A stretch of 64,000 nt of DNA, taken from positions 32,001-96,000 of the forward strand of contig JAYUUO010000150.1 of assembly GCA_043754515.1 (NCBI GenBank), given 5' to 3'. The notes beneath the pieces were generated by a model, which had not been told where the DNA came from, searched no databases, and saw nothing but the letters and a program-made list of their open reading frames with translations. Below are positions 1 to 8,226 of the stretch, piece after piece. Numbering within the stretch: position 1 is the first letter of the stretch; each line of letters begins with the position of its first letter. This stretch comes from Armatimonadota bacterium (GTDB taxonomy: Bacteria > Armatimonadota > Armatimonadia > Armatimonadales > Armatimonadaceae). The translations under genes and the position numbers were made by a program.

Positions 1-371
1 TGACAGCGGCCGGGGGGAAATCACTGCCCGCCGTGGAAGCCGCCGCGCTCGCCGAACTGGACGTCGTTCGCGCCGCGTCCGTGACCCCCGCCGAACTGGC
101 GAAGGCCAAGAACAACCTGATCGCCGGTATAGTCCGCTCCCGCGAGACCGTGAACGGCACCGCGAACTACCTCGGCTCGGCGGCTGTGTTATATGGCGAC
201 CCGAACCGCATCAACACCGAACTGGACGCGATCAACGCGGTCACCGTGCAGGACGTGCGGCGGGTGGCGAATCAGTACCTCGCCCCGAGTAACCGCACGC
301 TGATCAGCTACACTGCGAAAGTCGTCGCGACCCCAAAAGATGCTACGACCCCGAAAGGCGGCACCCGATGA
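1..371 (+). CDS. M16 (pitrilysin-family) zinc peptidase, C-terminal part; gene starts upstream of the window
   Basis: Frame is open to the window edge. 'VTPAELAKAKNNL...INAVTVQDVRRVANQYLAPSNRT' is a typical M16 C-terminus. Overlaps the next M16 gene (ATGA). Confidence 0.85.
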   Translation, partial: TAAGGKSLPAVEAAALAELDVVRAASVTPAELAKAKNNLIAGIVRSRETVNGTANYLGSAAVLYGDPNRINTELDAINAVTVQDVRRVANQYLAPSNRTLISYTAKVVATPKDATTPKGGTR

Positions 372-1864
372 AACAAACTCTTTACGCGTTCTTGATGGGC
401 CTGACCTTAGCCAGCGCGGCTTTCGCGCAAAACCCAGCCACGAACACCCCGCTCGCGCCCAACCCATACCCGACGCCGCCCGCGCCCTCCGCGCCACGAA
501 TCGTCTCCGTGCCGACGCCGGTCGAGTCGAAACTCGCGAACGGTTTGCGGGTGATCGCCGTACCGCGCCCCGGTTCGGGTCTCGTCTCCGTGCAACTACT
601 CCTGCCCTATGGCGAGGCGACTCAGCCAGGTGACAAAAATGGCACCGCGGTAACGGTCGCCGAACTGCTGACGAAGGGGACCACGACCCGCACGGCGACG
701 CAGATCGCGGGCCAGGTGGAGCAACTCGGCGCGTCGCTCGGCGCGAGTGCCGGGTACGACAGCACCGTGGTTTCGCTCGGGGTCCTCAAATCGCGCCTGA
801 ACGAGGCGATGCCGCTACTCGCGGACGTGTTACAGAACCCGACCTTCCCCGCCGAGGAGTTGACACGCTATCGCACCCAGACCACGGATGATCTCACGGT
901 CGCGTACCGCGCGCCGGGGACTCTCGCGCGGCTAGTCGCGGCGCGCGTCCTGTACGGCGACAGTCGCTACGGTAACCCGGCGACCGGAACTCCCGATAGT
1001 CTGAAAGTGATCACGCGCGATGACCTCATGGGCGCGTATCGGAGTCAGTACCAGATCGGGTACGCGGTGCTGGTCATCTCCGGCGACATCACGCCCGAGG
1101 CGGCGCGGGTACTGGCGCAAACCTACTTCGGCGCGTGGCGCAACCCGAAGGCGGGGTACATCACTGGCAACGGTCTGACTGCCCTCCCGCCTCCGGAGAA
1201 GCGGCATATCGTGGTTATTGACCGACCGGACGCGGGACAAGCCGCCGTACAAATCACGCGCTTCGGCGTGAAGCAGAGCGAGCTGAATCTGGAGATCGCC
1301 CAACTCACCAACGATATCCTAGGCGGCGGCTATTCGTCGCGCCTCAACCGGGAGGTGCGCGTCAAACGTGGGCTTTCCTACGGCGCGAACAGCTCGCTCG
1401 CGGCCCGCGCCGAAACAGGGCCGCTGTCCCTATACGCGCAGACCAAGAACGAATCGGCGGGCGAGACCGCGCAGGTTCTCGTCGAGGAATTGGGCAAGCT
1501 GGGCACTTCCGCGCCGACGCCCGATGAGTTCGCCGCCCGCAAGTCCGCCCTGTCCGGCGACTTCGCACGCGCCCTGGAGACGGGGGGCGGGATCGCGGGA
1601 TTGGTCGGCCAACTCGCGCTGTATCATCGCCCGCTATCCGAGTTGCAGACGTATCTGTCGCGGGTGCAAGCCGTGACGCCGGATCAGGTGCGAACGTTCG
1701 CCGATCAGCGGTTCGGGGCGGCCACGGCGAGCGTCGTGATCGTCGGCAACGCGGCGAAGTTCCTGCCCGACCTTAAGACGCGCTTCCCAAGCGACGCGGT
1801 GACCGTGATCCCGTTCGCTGCCCTGGATCTGAACTCCGCGACGCTCGTGAAAGACGGGAAGTAG
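368..1864 (+). CDS. M16B peptidase, probable non-catalytic partner subunit, secreted
   Basis: Signal peptide (…SAAFA-Q), 'LANGLRV', 'ILGGGYSSRLNREVRVKRGLSY'. HxxEH is absent ('AVTVAELLTKGT'). Confidence 0.88.
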   Translation: MKQTLYAFLMGLTLASAAFAQNPATNTPLAPNPYPTPPAPSAPRIVSVPTPVESKLANGLRVIAVPRPGSGLVSVQLLLPYGEATQPGDKNGTAVTVAELLTKGTTTRTATQIAGQVEQLGASLGASAGYDSTVVSLGVLKSRLNEAMPLLADVLQNPTFPAEELTRYRTQTTDDLTVAYRAPGTLARLVAARVLYGDSRYGNPATGTPDSLKVITRDDLMGAYRSQYQIGYAVLVISGDITPEAARVLAQTYFGAWRNPKAGYITGNGLTALPPPEKRHIVVIDRPDAGQAAVQITRFGVKQSELNLEIAQLTNDILGGGYSSRLNREVRVKRGLSYGANSSLAARAETGPLSLYAQTKNESAGETAQVLVEELGKLGTSAPTPDEFAARKSALSGDFARALETGGGIAGLVGQLALYHRPLSELQTYLSRVQAVTPDQVRTFADQRFGAATASVVIVGNAAKFLPDLKTRFPSDAVTVIPFAALDLNSATLVKDGK

Positions 1865-1866
1865 CG

Positions 1867-2484
1867 GTGGCGACGTTCGACCTGTCCGCTTTATCCGGCG
1901 GCGAGGCGTACCGCGTGCTTTCCTCGCTCGTCGTGCCGCGCCCGATAGCCTGGGTGATGACGCGGGACGTGGAGAGCGGTGTGGTCAATGTCGCGCCGTT
2001 CTCGTTCTTCAATCTGGTCGGGTCCGACCCGCCGACGGTCGCGCTGGGTGTTAGCCCCGCGAAGCGGAGTGGCGAGCCGAAAGATACCGGGCGGAACCTG
2101 TCGCGGGTCGGGGCAGGATTCGTAGTACATATGGTAGACGAGGCGCACGCGGACGCGATGAACCGCACGGCGTCGGAACTCCCGGCGGACGCGAGTGAGG
2201 TTCACGCGGCGGATCTAGTGCTCGCCGAGACTGTGAAGATCGCGCCGGTGCCGCGCGTCGCGTCCGCGCCCGCCGCCCTAGAGTGTCGCGTCGCCGAGAT
2301 TGCCGTGGTAGGTAACAACCGGATTGTGCTGGGCGAGGTGGTTTATTTACACCTGCGTGATGATTTATGGGACGCCGGAAGTCGGCGTGTCCTCACGGAG
2401 GAGGCCCACATGATCGGGCGGATGCACGGCGGTGGCTGGTATCTGCGCACCACAGATCTTTTTTCGCTGGATCGCCCGCTCTAG
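1867..2484 (+). CDS. flavin reductase-like (DIM6/NTAB) family protein
   Basis: 'VVPRPIAWV', 'NVAPFSFFN', 'KDTGRN', 'IGRMHGGGWY'. Confidence 0.88.
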   Translation: MATFDLSALSGGEAYRVLSSLVVPRPIAWVMTRDVESGVVNVAPFSFFNLVGSDPPTVALGVSPAKRSGEPKDTGRNLSRVGAGFVVHMVDEAHADAMNRTASELPADASEVHAADLVLAETVKIAPVPRVASAPAALECRVAEIAVVGNNRIVLGEVVYLHLRDDLWDAGSRRVLTEEAHMIGRMHGGGWYLRTTDLFSLDRPL

Positions 2485-2526
2485 CGGCAGAACACAGATA
2501 TTTTATTCATGGGCGTCCCGTAGTCA

Positions 2527-2555
2527 TTGACAACGCGCCAGATTTGGGGTAAATT
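2527..2555 (+). promoter_or_regulatory. sigma-70 promoter of the LacI gene
   Basis: TTGACA (2527-2532), 17 bp spacer, TAAATT (2550-2555). Confidence 0.7.
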
Positions 2556-2561
2556 GTGCTC

Positions 2562-2575
2562 ACCGAACGTTCGGT
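2562..2575. promoter_or_regulatory. LacI-type operator 1
   Basis: Perfect palindrome ACCGAACGTTCGGT with central CG, at the expected transcription start. Repeated at 3695. Confidence 0.75.
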
Positions 2576-2615
2576 AAGACACTGACAGAGTGGAAGCGGC
2601 CGGGGATGCGACGTC

Positions 2616-3665
2616 ATGAAAACAACCCTACGAGAGATAGCACGCCATGCGCGCGTGCATCAGAGCACCGCCTCCTATGTCCTGAACGGTAGCGGGGGAA
2701 GTACGCGCGTCTCCTCGGAGACGCGGGATCGTGTCCTACTGGCTGCGAAGCAACTCGGGTACAGTGCTAATCGCGCCGCGCAACAACTGCGTACAAGTCG
2801 GAGCATGGTGGTCGGGTTGCTCACGGGTGACGTGGAAAACCCGTTCTTTGCCCGCCTAGTCTCGCTCTGCACGGCGGAACTGGAGCGGGCGGGGTATGAG
2901 TCGGTGCTAGCTATGCGGCGGCAGGGCGAGGTGAGCGATTTTCACCTTCTGGAAACGCTGGCTTCGAGACAGGTGGACGGACTACTCATTTGGAGTGAGT
3001 CGGCGTCCGAAATACGCACTTGGCTCGAGAAGAACCCGCGTTCGACTAATGTAGTGGTTCTCGGGTACCGGATCGAGCAGTGCGATAGTGTCGAGGCGGC
3101 CTTAGGGCAGGGGGTGCGGGATGCTCTGTCGCATTTCCAGGATCAAGGATCGAAGCGAATAGGGTATCTCGCGCCGCTCTCCTCGCTCATGACGACCGGA
3201 GACCCGCGCGTGGGCATCTATCGCGAGTTTGTCGCGGCGCGGGAAAGTGAGCCGCTGGTTTACACTTACGATGGCTCCGCGAACGACCCGAAGGCCGCGC
3301 GGATCCGCGCGGAGGAGATCGCGTGCTCGCGCCCGACCGAGCGACCAGATGCTCTACTGTGCTTTAACGACATGACCGCGTTCGGTGCTTTGATGGGATT
3401 ACGTCGGCGCGGGCTACGTGTCCCTAACGACATCGCGATAATCGGTTGCGACGACATCCCGCTCGTGTCGCAACTAGATGTCCCATTAACGAGCATTGCG
3501 TATCCGATCGTGGAGTTGTGTCGTAGCGCGGTGGAGATGTTAATCGGACGGATCGAGTTCAAGGCTGAGGGCGACTCGATAGACCCCCCGCGAAAGTACA
3601 AGATCATACCGGCTCCACTCAGCGTCCGAGAGTCCAGCATTGTTTCGCAGTACGGCATCAAGTAG
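2616..3665 (+). CDS. LacI-family transcriptional regulator
   Basis: HTH 'TLREIARHARVHQSTASYVLNG', hinge 'YSANRAAQQL', 'CFNDMTAFG', 'VPNDIAIIGCDD'. Confidence 0.95.
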   Translation: MKTTLREIARHARVHQSTASYVLNGSGGSTRVSSETRDRVLLAAKQLGYSANRAAQQLRTSRSMVVGLLTGDVENPFFARLVSLCTAELERAGYESVLAMRRQGEVSDFHLLETLASRQVDGLLIWSESASEIRTWLEKNPRSTNVVVLGYRIEQCDSVEAALGQGVRDALSHFQDQGSKRIGYLAPLSSLMTTGDPRVGIYREFVAARESEPLVYTYDGSANDPKAARIRAEEIACSRPTERPDALLCFNDMTAFGALMGLRRRGLRVPNDIAIIGCDDIPLVSQLDVPLTSIAYPIVELCRSAVEMLIGRIEFKAEGDSIDPPRKYKIIPAPLSVRESSIVSQYGIK

Positions 3666-3694
3666 TTAATCGGATCGAATTGATGGGTAATTCG

Positions 3695-3712
3695 GTACCG
3701 AACGTTCGGTAC
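3695..3712. promoter_or_regulatory. LacI-type operator 2
   Basis: Perfect 18-bp palindrome GTACCGAACGTTCGGTAC upstream of the lipoprotein/pilin/ABC operon. Confidence 0.8.
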
Positions 3713-3760
3713 AGGGCACGAGCCGCTCTATATTACACTGCGGAAAAGGATTAGAACTAA

Positions 3761-4033
3761 ATGGCGGAGCCACTAAACATCATGATTGAAAAAAGAACCG
3801 GAAATACTCCGAGCAAACCGCTCATCGTGGCGATGTTCGCCGCGCTCGCGGTGACGGCAGTTTCCCTCGCGGGATGCGGCGACAAAACAGGGGCCGCGGC
3901 GTCCGGGGGGGGGGGGCCTACGTCCGCGAAGGTGCCCGCGGCGTCCGCGCCCGCGAGCAAGACTCAGTCGGTACCGCCTGAATATCAGGACAAAATGAAA
4001 GCGAACCCCGGAGTTGTACCAGGCGCGCGATAA
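3761..4033 (+). CDS. small low-complexity lipoprotein (start may be a later Met)
   Basis: Hydrophobic stretch plus lipobox 'SLAGC'. Contains an in-frame G12 run at 3905-3916. Confidence 0.7.
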   Translation: MAEPLNIMIEKRTGNTPSKPLIVAMFAALAVTAVSLAGCGDKTGAAASGGGGPTSAKVPAASAPASKTQSVPPEYQDKMKANPGVVPGAR

Positions 4034-4085
4034 GCGGGCGGGGAACACCCGCGAGCCCTGAACAATATACCTGATTCTTAACACC

Positions 4086-4110
4086 GCGTGCCGTGACTAA
4101 CACGGCACGC
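4086..4110. other. intergenic stem-loop before the pilin-like gene
   Basis: GCGTGCCGTG-actaa-CACGGCACGC, 10-bp stem, no U tract. Confidence 0.55.
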
Positions 4111-4155
4111 TCTCAGACGCAACGGAAGCGTCACTGATCGAAAGGAAGTTCTTTA

Positions 4156-5058
4156 ATGTCCACTCGTTTATCACAGAAAGCCGTCCGTAGCGGCTTCACT
4201 CTTATCGAACTGCTCGTGGTCATCGCTATCATTGCGATCCTCGCCGCGATCCTGTTCCCCGTGTTCGCCCAGGCGCGAGAGAAGGCGCGACAGACCTCCT
4301 GTATGAGCAACATGAAGCAGTTGGGACAGGCGGTGGCCATGTTCACCCAGGACCATGAGGAACTGCTACCGAAAGCGTTCTTCAACGATCAGGGTGACTC
4401 CGCTTCCCCGTGGGGTTTCCCCTGGTTCACGGGATGGGACGCGGTCATATACAACTACGTTAAAAGCACACAGGTGTATCAGTGCCCGTCCGACGTTGAC
4501 GCGCGCACCTATAACCTCAACCCTGTTATTATTCCGGGCAATCTCATCATGCCGACTTCGTATCGCTACAATGTGAGTAATCAGGAGAACGGCGCGTTCA
4601 ACGCCTTGCAGCTCTCGAAGTTAGATAGCCCCTCCGACTCGATCGTGATCGCGGAGTCCAGCACCGGGGTGGATGAGGCGAACTACAATCAGCTCGCTTC
4701 CTGGGAAACCGAAGACCGGGGATATGTCTGTATTGACTGGCCCAACAACACAGCGATGGATCGGCATGTAAGCCATGTGCCCGGTCGCGGACCCGCGACC
4801 TGGAAGCAGCATAATCCCGAGTCTATTGACAAGGGTGCGCGAAATAAGGGATTGTCGAACTACGTCTTCGCCGATGGGCACGCCAAAGCGATGAACTGGG
4901 CACAGACATGGCGGCGGATCGGGCCGGATAAGCGCGCGGCGGACGGCACGATGATCACGCCTACCCCGTGGCGGCAGAACTTTGGCATCAGCGACGACCG
5001 CTCGGATAACCCGTCCCGCACCGACCGGTGCCAGTATAAGGATGGCGACACCCGGTAA
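4156..5058 (+). CDS. prepilin-type N-terminal cleavage/methylation protein, DUF1559 / H-X9-DG family
   Basis: '[40 protein letters not shown]', 'CPSD', '[10 protein letters not shown]'. Confidence 0.92.
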   Translation: MSTRLSQKAVRSGFTLIELLVVIAIIAILAAILFPVFAQAREKARQTSCMSNMKQLGQAVAMFTQDHEELLPKAFFNDQGDSASPWGFPWFTGWDAVIYNYVKSTQVYQCPSDVDARTYNLNPVIIPGNLIMPTSYRYNVSNQENGAFNALQLSKLDSPSDSIVIAESSTGVDEANYNQLASWETEDRGYVCIDWPNNTAMDRHVSHVPGRGPATWKQHNPESIDKGARNKGLSNYVFADGHAKAMNWAQTWRRIGPDKRAADGTMITPTPWRQNFGISDDRSDNPSRTDRCQYKDGDTR

Positions 5059-5071
5059 TCGGGTACCTCTA

Positions 5072-5100
5072 GGTGGCGGCACGCGCCCCGTGCCGCCGCC
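5072..5100 (+). terminator. stem-loop after the pilin-like gene (weak terminator or mRNA stabiliser)
   Basis: GGTGGCGGCACG-cgccc-CGTGCCGCCGCC followed by only TT. Confidence 0.45.
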
Positions 5101-5125
5101 TTCGTGAGATTGATCCGCGAAAACT

Positions 5126-6436
5126 ATGTCACGCCTTATCAGCCGCCGCCGCCTTCTGCAAGTCGGTCTCACTCTTTCTCCCGCGCTACTGGGCGGGATT
5201 GGATGTGTTTCTCGCGGGCGCGGCGTCGTCCCAACAACGCGGGACGAGCGTGGGCGCGTGGTGCTCCGGTTCTGGAACGGCTTCACCGGCCCCGACGGCA
5301 AGACGATGGAGCGGATGATCGCGGGATTCCGCCGCGATAACCCGGACATCGCCGTGCGGATGCAGATCATCCCCTGGGGCACGTATTACGACAAGTTGAC
5401 CCTTTCGCTCGCGTACGGTGGCGCGCCCGACCTGTTTGTGATTCACGCCGGGCGGCTTCCCGAGTTCGCCTCGTTCGGCGTCCTGCGTTCGCTCCGTGAC
5501 CTGTACATGGGCGCGGGCGTGGACTTTGACGAGTCGCGGTTCGCGCCCGTGCCGTGGAAAGCGACGTTCTATAACGACACGCAGTACGCGTTGCCACTCG
5601 ATGTCCATCCCCAGGGCCTGTACTACAACACCGACCTGTTCGAGCGTGCCGGGATCGTGGACGCGCGGGGCAAGGCGAAGCCTCCGACCACCGGGGCGGA
5701 GTTCCTCGATGCCGCGCGGGCGTTGACCCGAGGAGCGGACGGCGGTGGAGCGGGCGAACAGTGGGGCTTCGTTCTGACCTGGCAACGCACCAACTTCATG
5801 ACGGTGATGGGGCAGTTCGGGGGCGGGGTGTTAACGGATGACCTGAAGCACGGCGCGATGAGTTCGCCCGCCGGGATCGCGGCGGTCGAGTGGATGCGCG
5901 ACCTGGTTTTCAAACACAAAGTTGCCCCGCGCCCCGAGGGGCTTGACGCATGGATGACGTTCCGGCAGGGGAAAGCCGCGATGGCGTTCGAGGGGATTTA
6001 TATGCTGTCCTCGCTGGAAGAGCAGAAGGGGCTTGCGTACGCCGGGGCACCCGTCCCGCTGATTGGCACCCGGCCCTCCGTGTGGGGTGGCTCACACTTG
6101 CTCGCGCAACCCGCCGCCGCTAGCGATGAGGCGGCGGCGGCCTCTTGGCGGCTGATGCGCTACCTTTCCGAACACAGCATCGAGTGGGCGAAGGGGGGGC
6201 AGGTACCCGCGCGCAACACGGTGCGGGAGTCGGCGGAGTTCGCGTCGCTCCCGGTCCAGTCCGCGTTCGGGTCGCAGATAACTGACGTGCGGTACGAGCC
6301 GCTCAGCCCACGTACGAACGCCCTATTTCCGTTCATTGACCCGGCGATAGAAGCGGTGCTTTTGAACTTGCAATCGCCGCGCGCCGCGATGGCGGATGCC
6401 GACCGGCGAATCAACCAGGTGCTGGAGCGACCATGA
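5126..6436 (+). CDS. sugar ABC transporter substrate-binding protein (Tat lipoprotein)
   Basis: 'SRRRLL' twin-arginine and 'GIGC' lipobox, 'FWNGFTGPDG', 'LYYNTDLF'. Confidence 0.92.
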   Translation: MSRLISRRRLLQVGLTLSPALLGGIGCVSRGRGVVPTTRDERGRVVLRFWNGFTGPDGKTMERMIAGFRRDNPDIAVRMQIIPWGTYYDKLTLSLAYGGAPDLFVIHAGRLPEFASFGVLRSLRDLYMGAGVDFDESRFAPVPWKATFYNDTQYALPLDVHPQGLYYNTDLFERAGIVDARGKAKPPTTGAEFLDAARALTRGADGGGAGEQWGFVLTWQRTNFMTVMGQFGGGVLTDDLKHGAMSSPAGIAAVEWMRDLVFKHKVAPRPEGLDAWMTFRQGKAAMAFEGIYMLSSLEEQKGLAYAGAPVPLIGTRPSVWGGSHLLAQPAAASDEAAAASWRLMRYLSEHSIEWAKGGQVPARNTVRESAEFASLPVQSAFGSQITDVRYEPLSPRTNALFPFIDPAIEAVLLNLQSPRAAMADADRRINQVLERP

Positions 6437-7356
6437 GACGGTCCCGCTCTCTAACCGGCTGGCTTTTCGCGATGCCGCATCTCGTGCTGTTCACCGTGTT
6501 CCTGCTCGTGCCAGTCGTGTACGGCTTCTGGATTTCGTTGCACCAGTGGCACATCCTGGCGCGGACGCATCCGTTCGTGGGCTTCGGCAACTACTGGGCC
6601 GCCCTGACCGACGACATCTTCTGGGTCGCGGCGCGGAACACCGCCTACTTCGGGCTGATGATCGTGCCGCTCGGAAACGCCGTTTCGCTCGCGTTCGCGC
6701 TGGGCATTCACGCCCTGAAGCGGGGCCAGGCGTTCTATCGGGTCATCGTCTACCTGCCGGGTGTTATCTCCATTGCCGTAGTCGCCGTTTTATGGAGGTG
6801 GTTGTATGACACGCAGAACGGGCTGATGAACCTGAGCATCGGCGGCGTGGTCAACGCCCTGCGCGGTGTTCACGTCCCGCTCGGCGCGTTCCTTCCGATT
6901 CCATGGCTCTCCGACCCGCGCATCGTGATGCCCGCCATCGTGCTGATGACGATCTGGTGGACGACGGGCGGAAACATGGTGCTGTATCTGGCGGGTCTCG
7001 GCGGGATCCCGGAGGAGTACTACGAGGCGGCCCGCATTGACGGCGCGTCCACCTGGGGGCAGTTTCGGCACGTCACCCTGCCGCTGCTCGCACCGACGAT
7101 CCTGTTCTGCCTCGTGATCTCCGTGCTCGGCGCGTTCCAGATCTTCGGGCAGTCCTATGTGCTGTTCGCGCCCGGCTCGGGACCGGTGCGCTCGGGCCTG
7201 ACGCTGTCGCTGTACATGTATCAGCAGGGCTTTAACCAGTACGAGATCGGGTACGGTGCCGCCATCGCCTACTTGCTGTTCGCCGCCGTCGCGATCATGA
7301 CGCTGATCCAGTTCCGGTTGCTGAGCGGAAGAAAGTCAAAGGAGGAAACGTCCTGA
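6433..7356 (+). CDS. carbohydrate ABC transporter permease 1
   Basis: TM helices and EAA loop 'YEAARIDGAS'. Confidence 0.93.
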   Translation: MRRSRSLTGWLFAMPHLVLFTVFLLVPVVYGFWISLHQWHILARTHPFVGFGNYWAALTDDIFWVAARNTAYFGLMIVPLGNAVSLAFALGIHALKRGQAFYRVIVYLPGVISIAVVAVLWRWLYDTQNGLMNLSIGGVVNALRGVHVPLGAFLPIPWLSDPRIVMPAIVLMTIWWTTGGNMVLYLAGLGGIPEEYYEAARIDGASTWGQFRHVTLPLLAPTILFCLVISVLGAFQIFGQSYVLFAPGSGPVRSGLTLSLYMYQQGFNQYEIGYGAAIAYLLFAAVAIMTLIQFRLLSGRKSKEETS

Positions 7357-8216
7357 TGAATCGCCAACGAATCGCCACCCGAAGTCGTAACTGGCAGCCT
7401 GGTCTCCACCTGGCTTTGCTGGCGGGCGTGTTCCTGTTTCTGGCTCCCGTGCTGTGGATGTTGTCCACCGCGCTGAAGTCGCCGGACGCCATCATCAAGG
7501 ATCTGGCGTCCCTGCGCTGGCTCCCGCACCCCGCGACCACGCAGAACTTCCGGTATATTCTGGCGAAGGTCGAGGAGTTCCCCGTGTGGCGATGGACGTC
7601 GAACAGCGTGTTTGTCTCGCTGGCGACCACCGCGCTGATACTTATTGTTGACGGACTCGCCGCGTTCGCCTACGCCCGCCTGAAGTGGACCGGGCGCGAC
7701 AAGGTGTTCGGGGTGCTACTCGCGACGATGCTGGTGCCGGGTCAGGCACTCCTGATCCCGTCGTACCTGCTGATCCGATCGCTTGGCTGGTTCGACACAT
7801 ATGTCGCGCTGATCGTCCCGGCGGCGGCGGGGACGTTCGGGGTCTTCCTGTTGCGCCAGTTCTTCGCCGCGATTCCGGTCGAACTGGAGGAGGCGGCGCG
7901 CATAGACGGCTGTAGCCCGATGGGGATCCTGCTCAACGTGATCGTGCCGCTATCCCTGCCCGCGTTCGCCGCGCTCGGGATCTTCACGTTTATCGCCACC
8001 TGGAACGCGTTTGAGGCACCGCTCCTTTTTACGGACAGCCTGGAGATGCGGACGCTCCCGATCGGAATCACCATATTCCAGGGTCACTACAGCACCGAGT
8101 ACGGCCCGATGATGGCGGCGGCTAGCCTCGCGGCGGTGCCGGTCATTATCGCTTTCCTCCTGTTACAGCGACATATCATCCGGGGGATCTCGCTCACGGG
8201 GATAGCTGGCAGATAA
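7356..8216 (+). CDS. carbohydrate ABC transporter permease 2
   Basis: 'IPVELEEAARIDGC', 'TLPIGI'. Confidence 0.93.
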   Translation: MNRQRIATRSRNWQPGLHLALLAGVFLFLAPVLWMLSTALKSPDAIIKDLASLRWLPHPATTQNFRYILAKVEEFPVWRWTSNSVFVSLATTALILIVDGLAAFAYARLKWTGRDKVFGVLLATMLVPGQALLIPSYLLIRSLGWFDTYVALIVPAAAGTFGVFLLRQFFAAIPVELEEAARIDGCSPMGILLNVIVPLSLPAFAALGIFTFIATWNAFEAPLLFTDSLEMRTLPIGITIFQGHYSTEYGPMMAAASLAAVPVIIAFLLLQRHIIRGISLTGIAGR

Positions 8217-8226
8217 CCAACCGACC

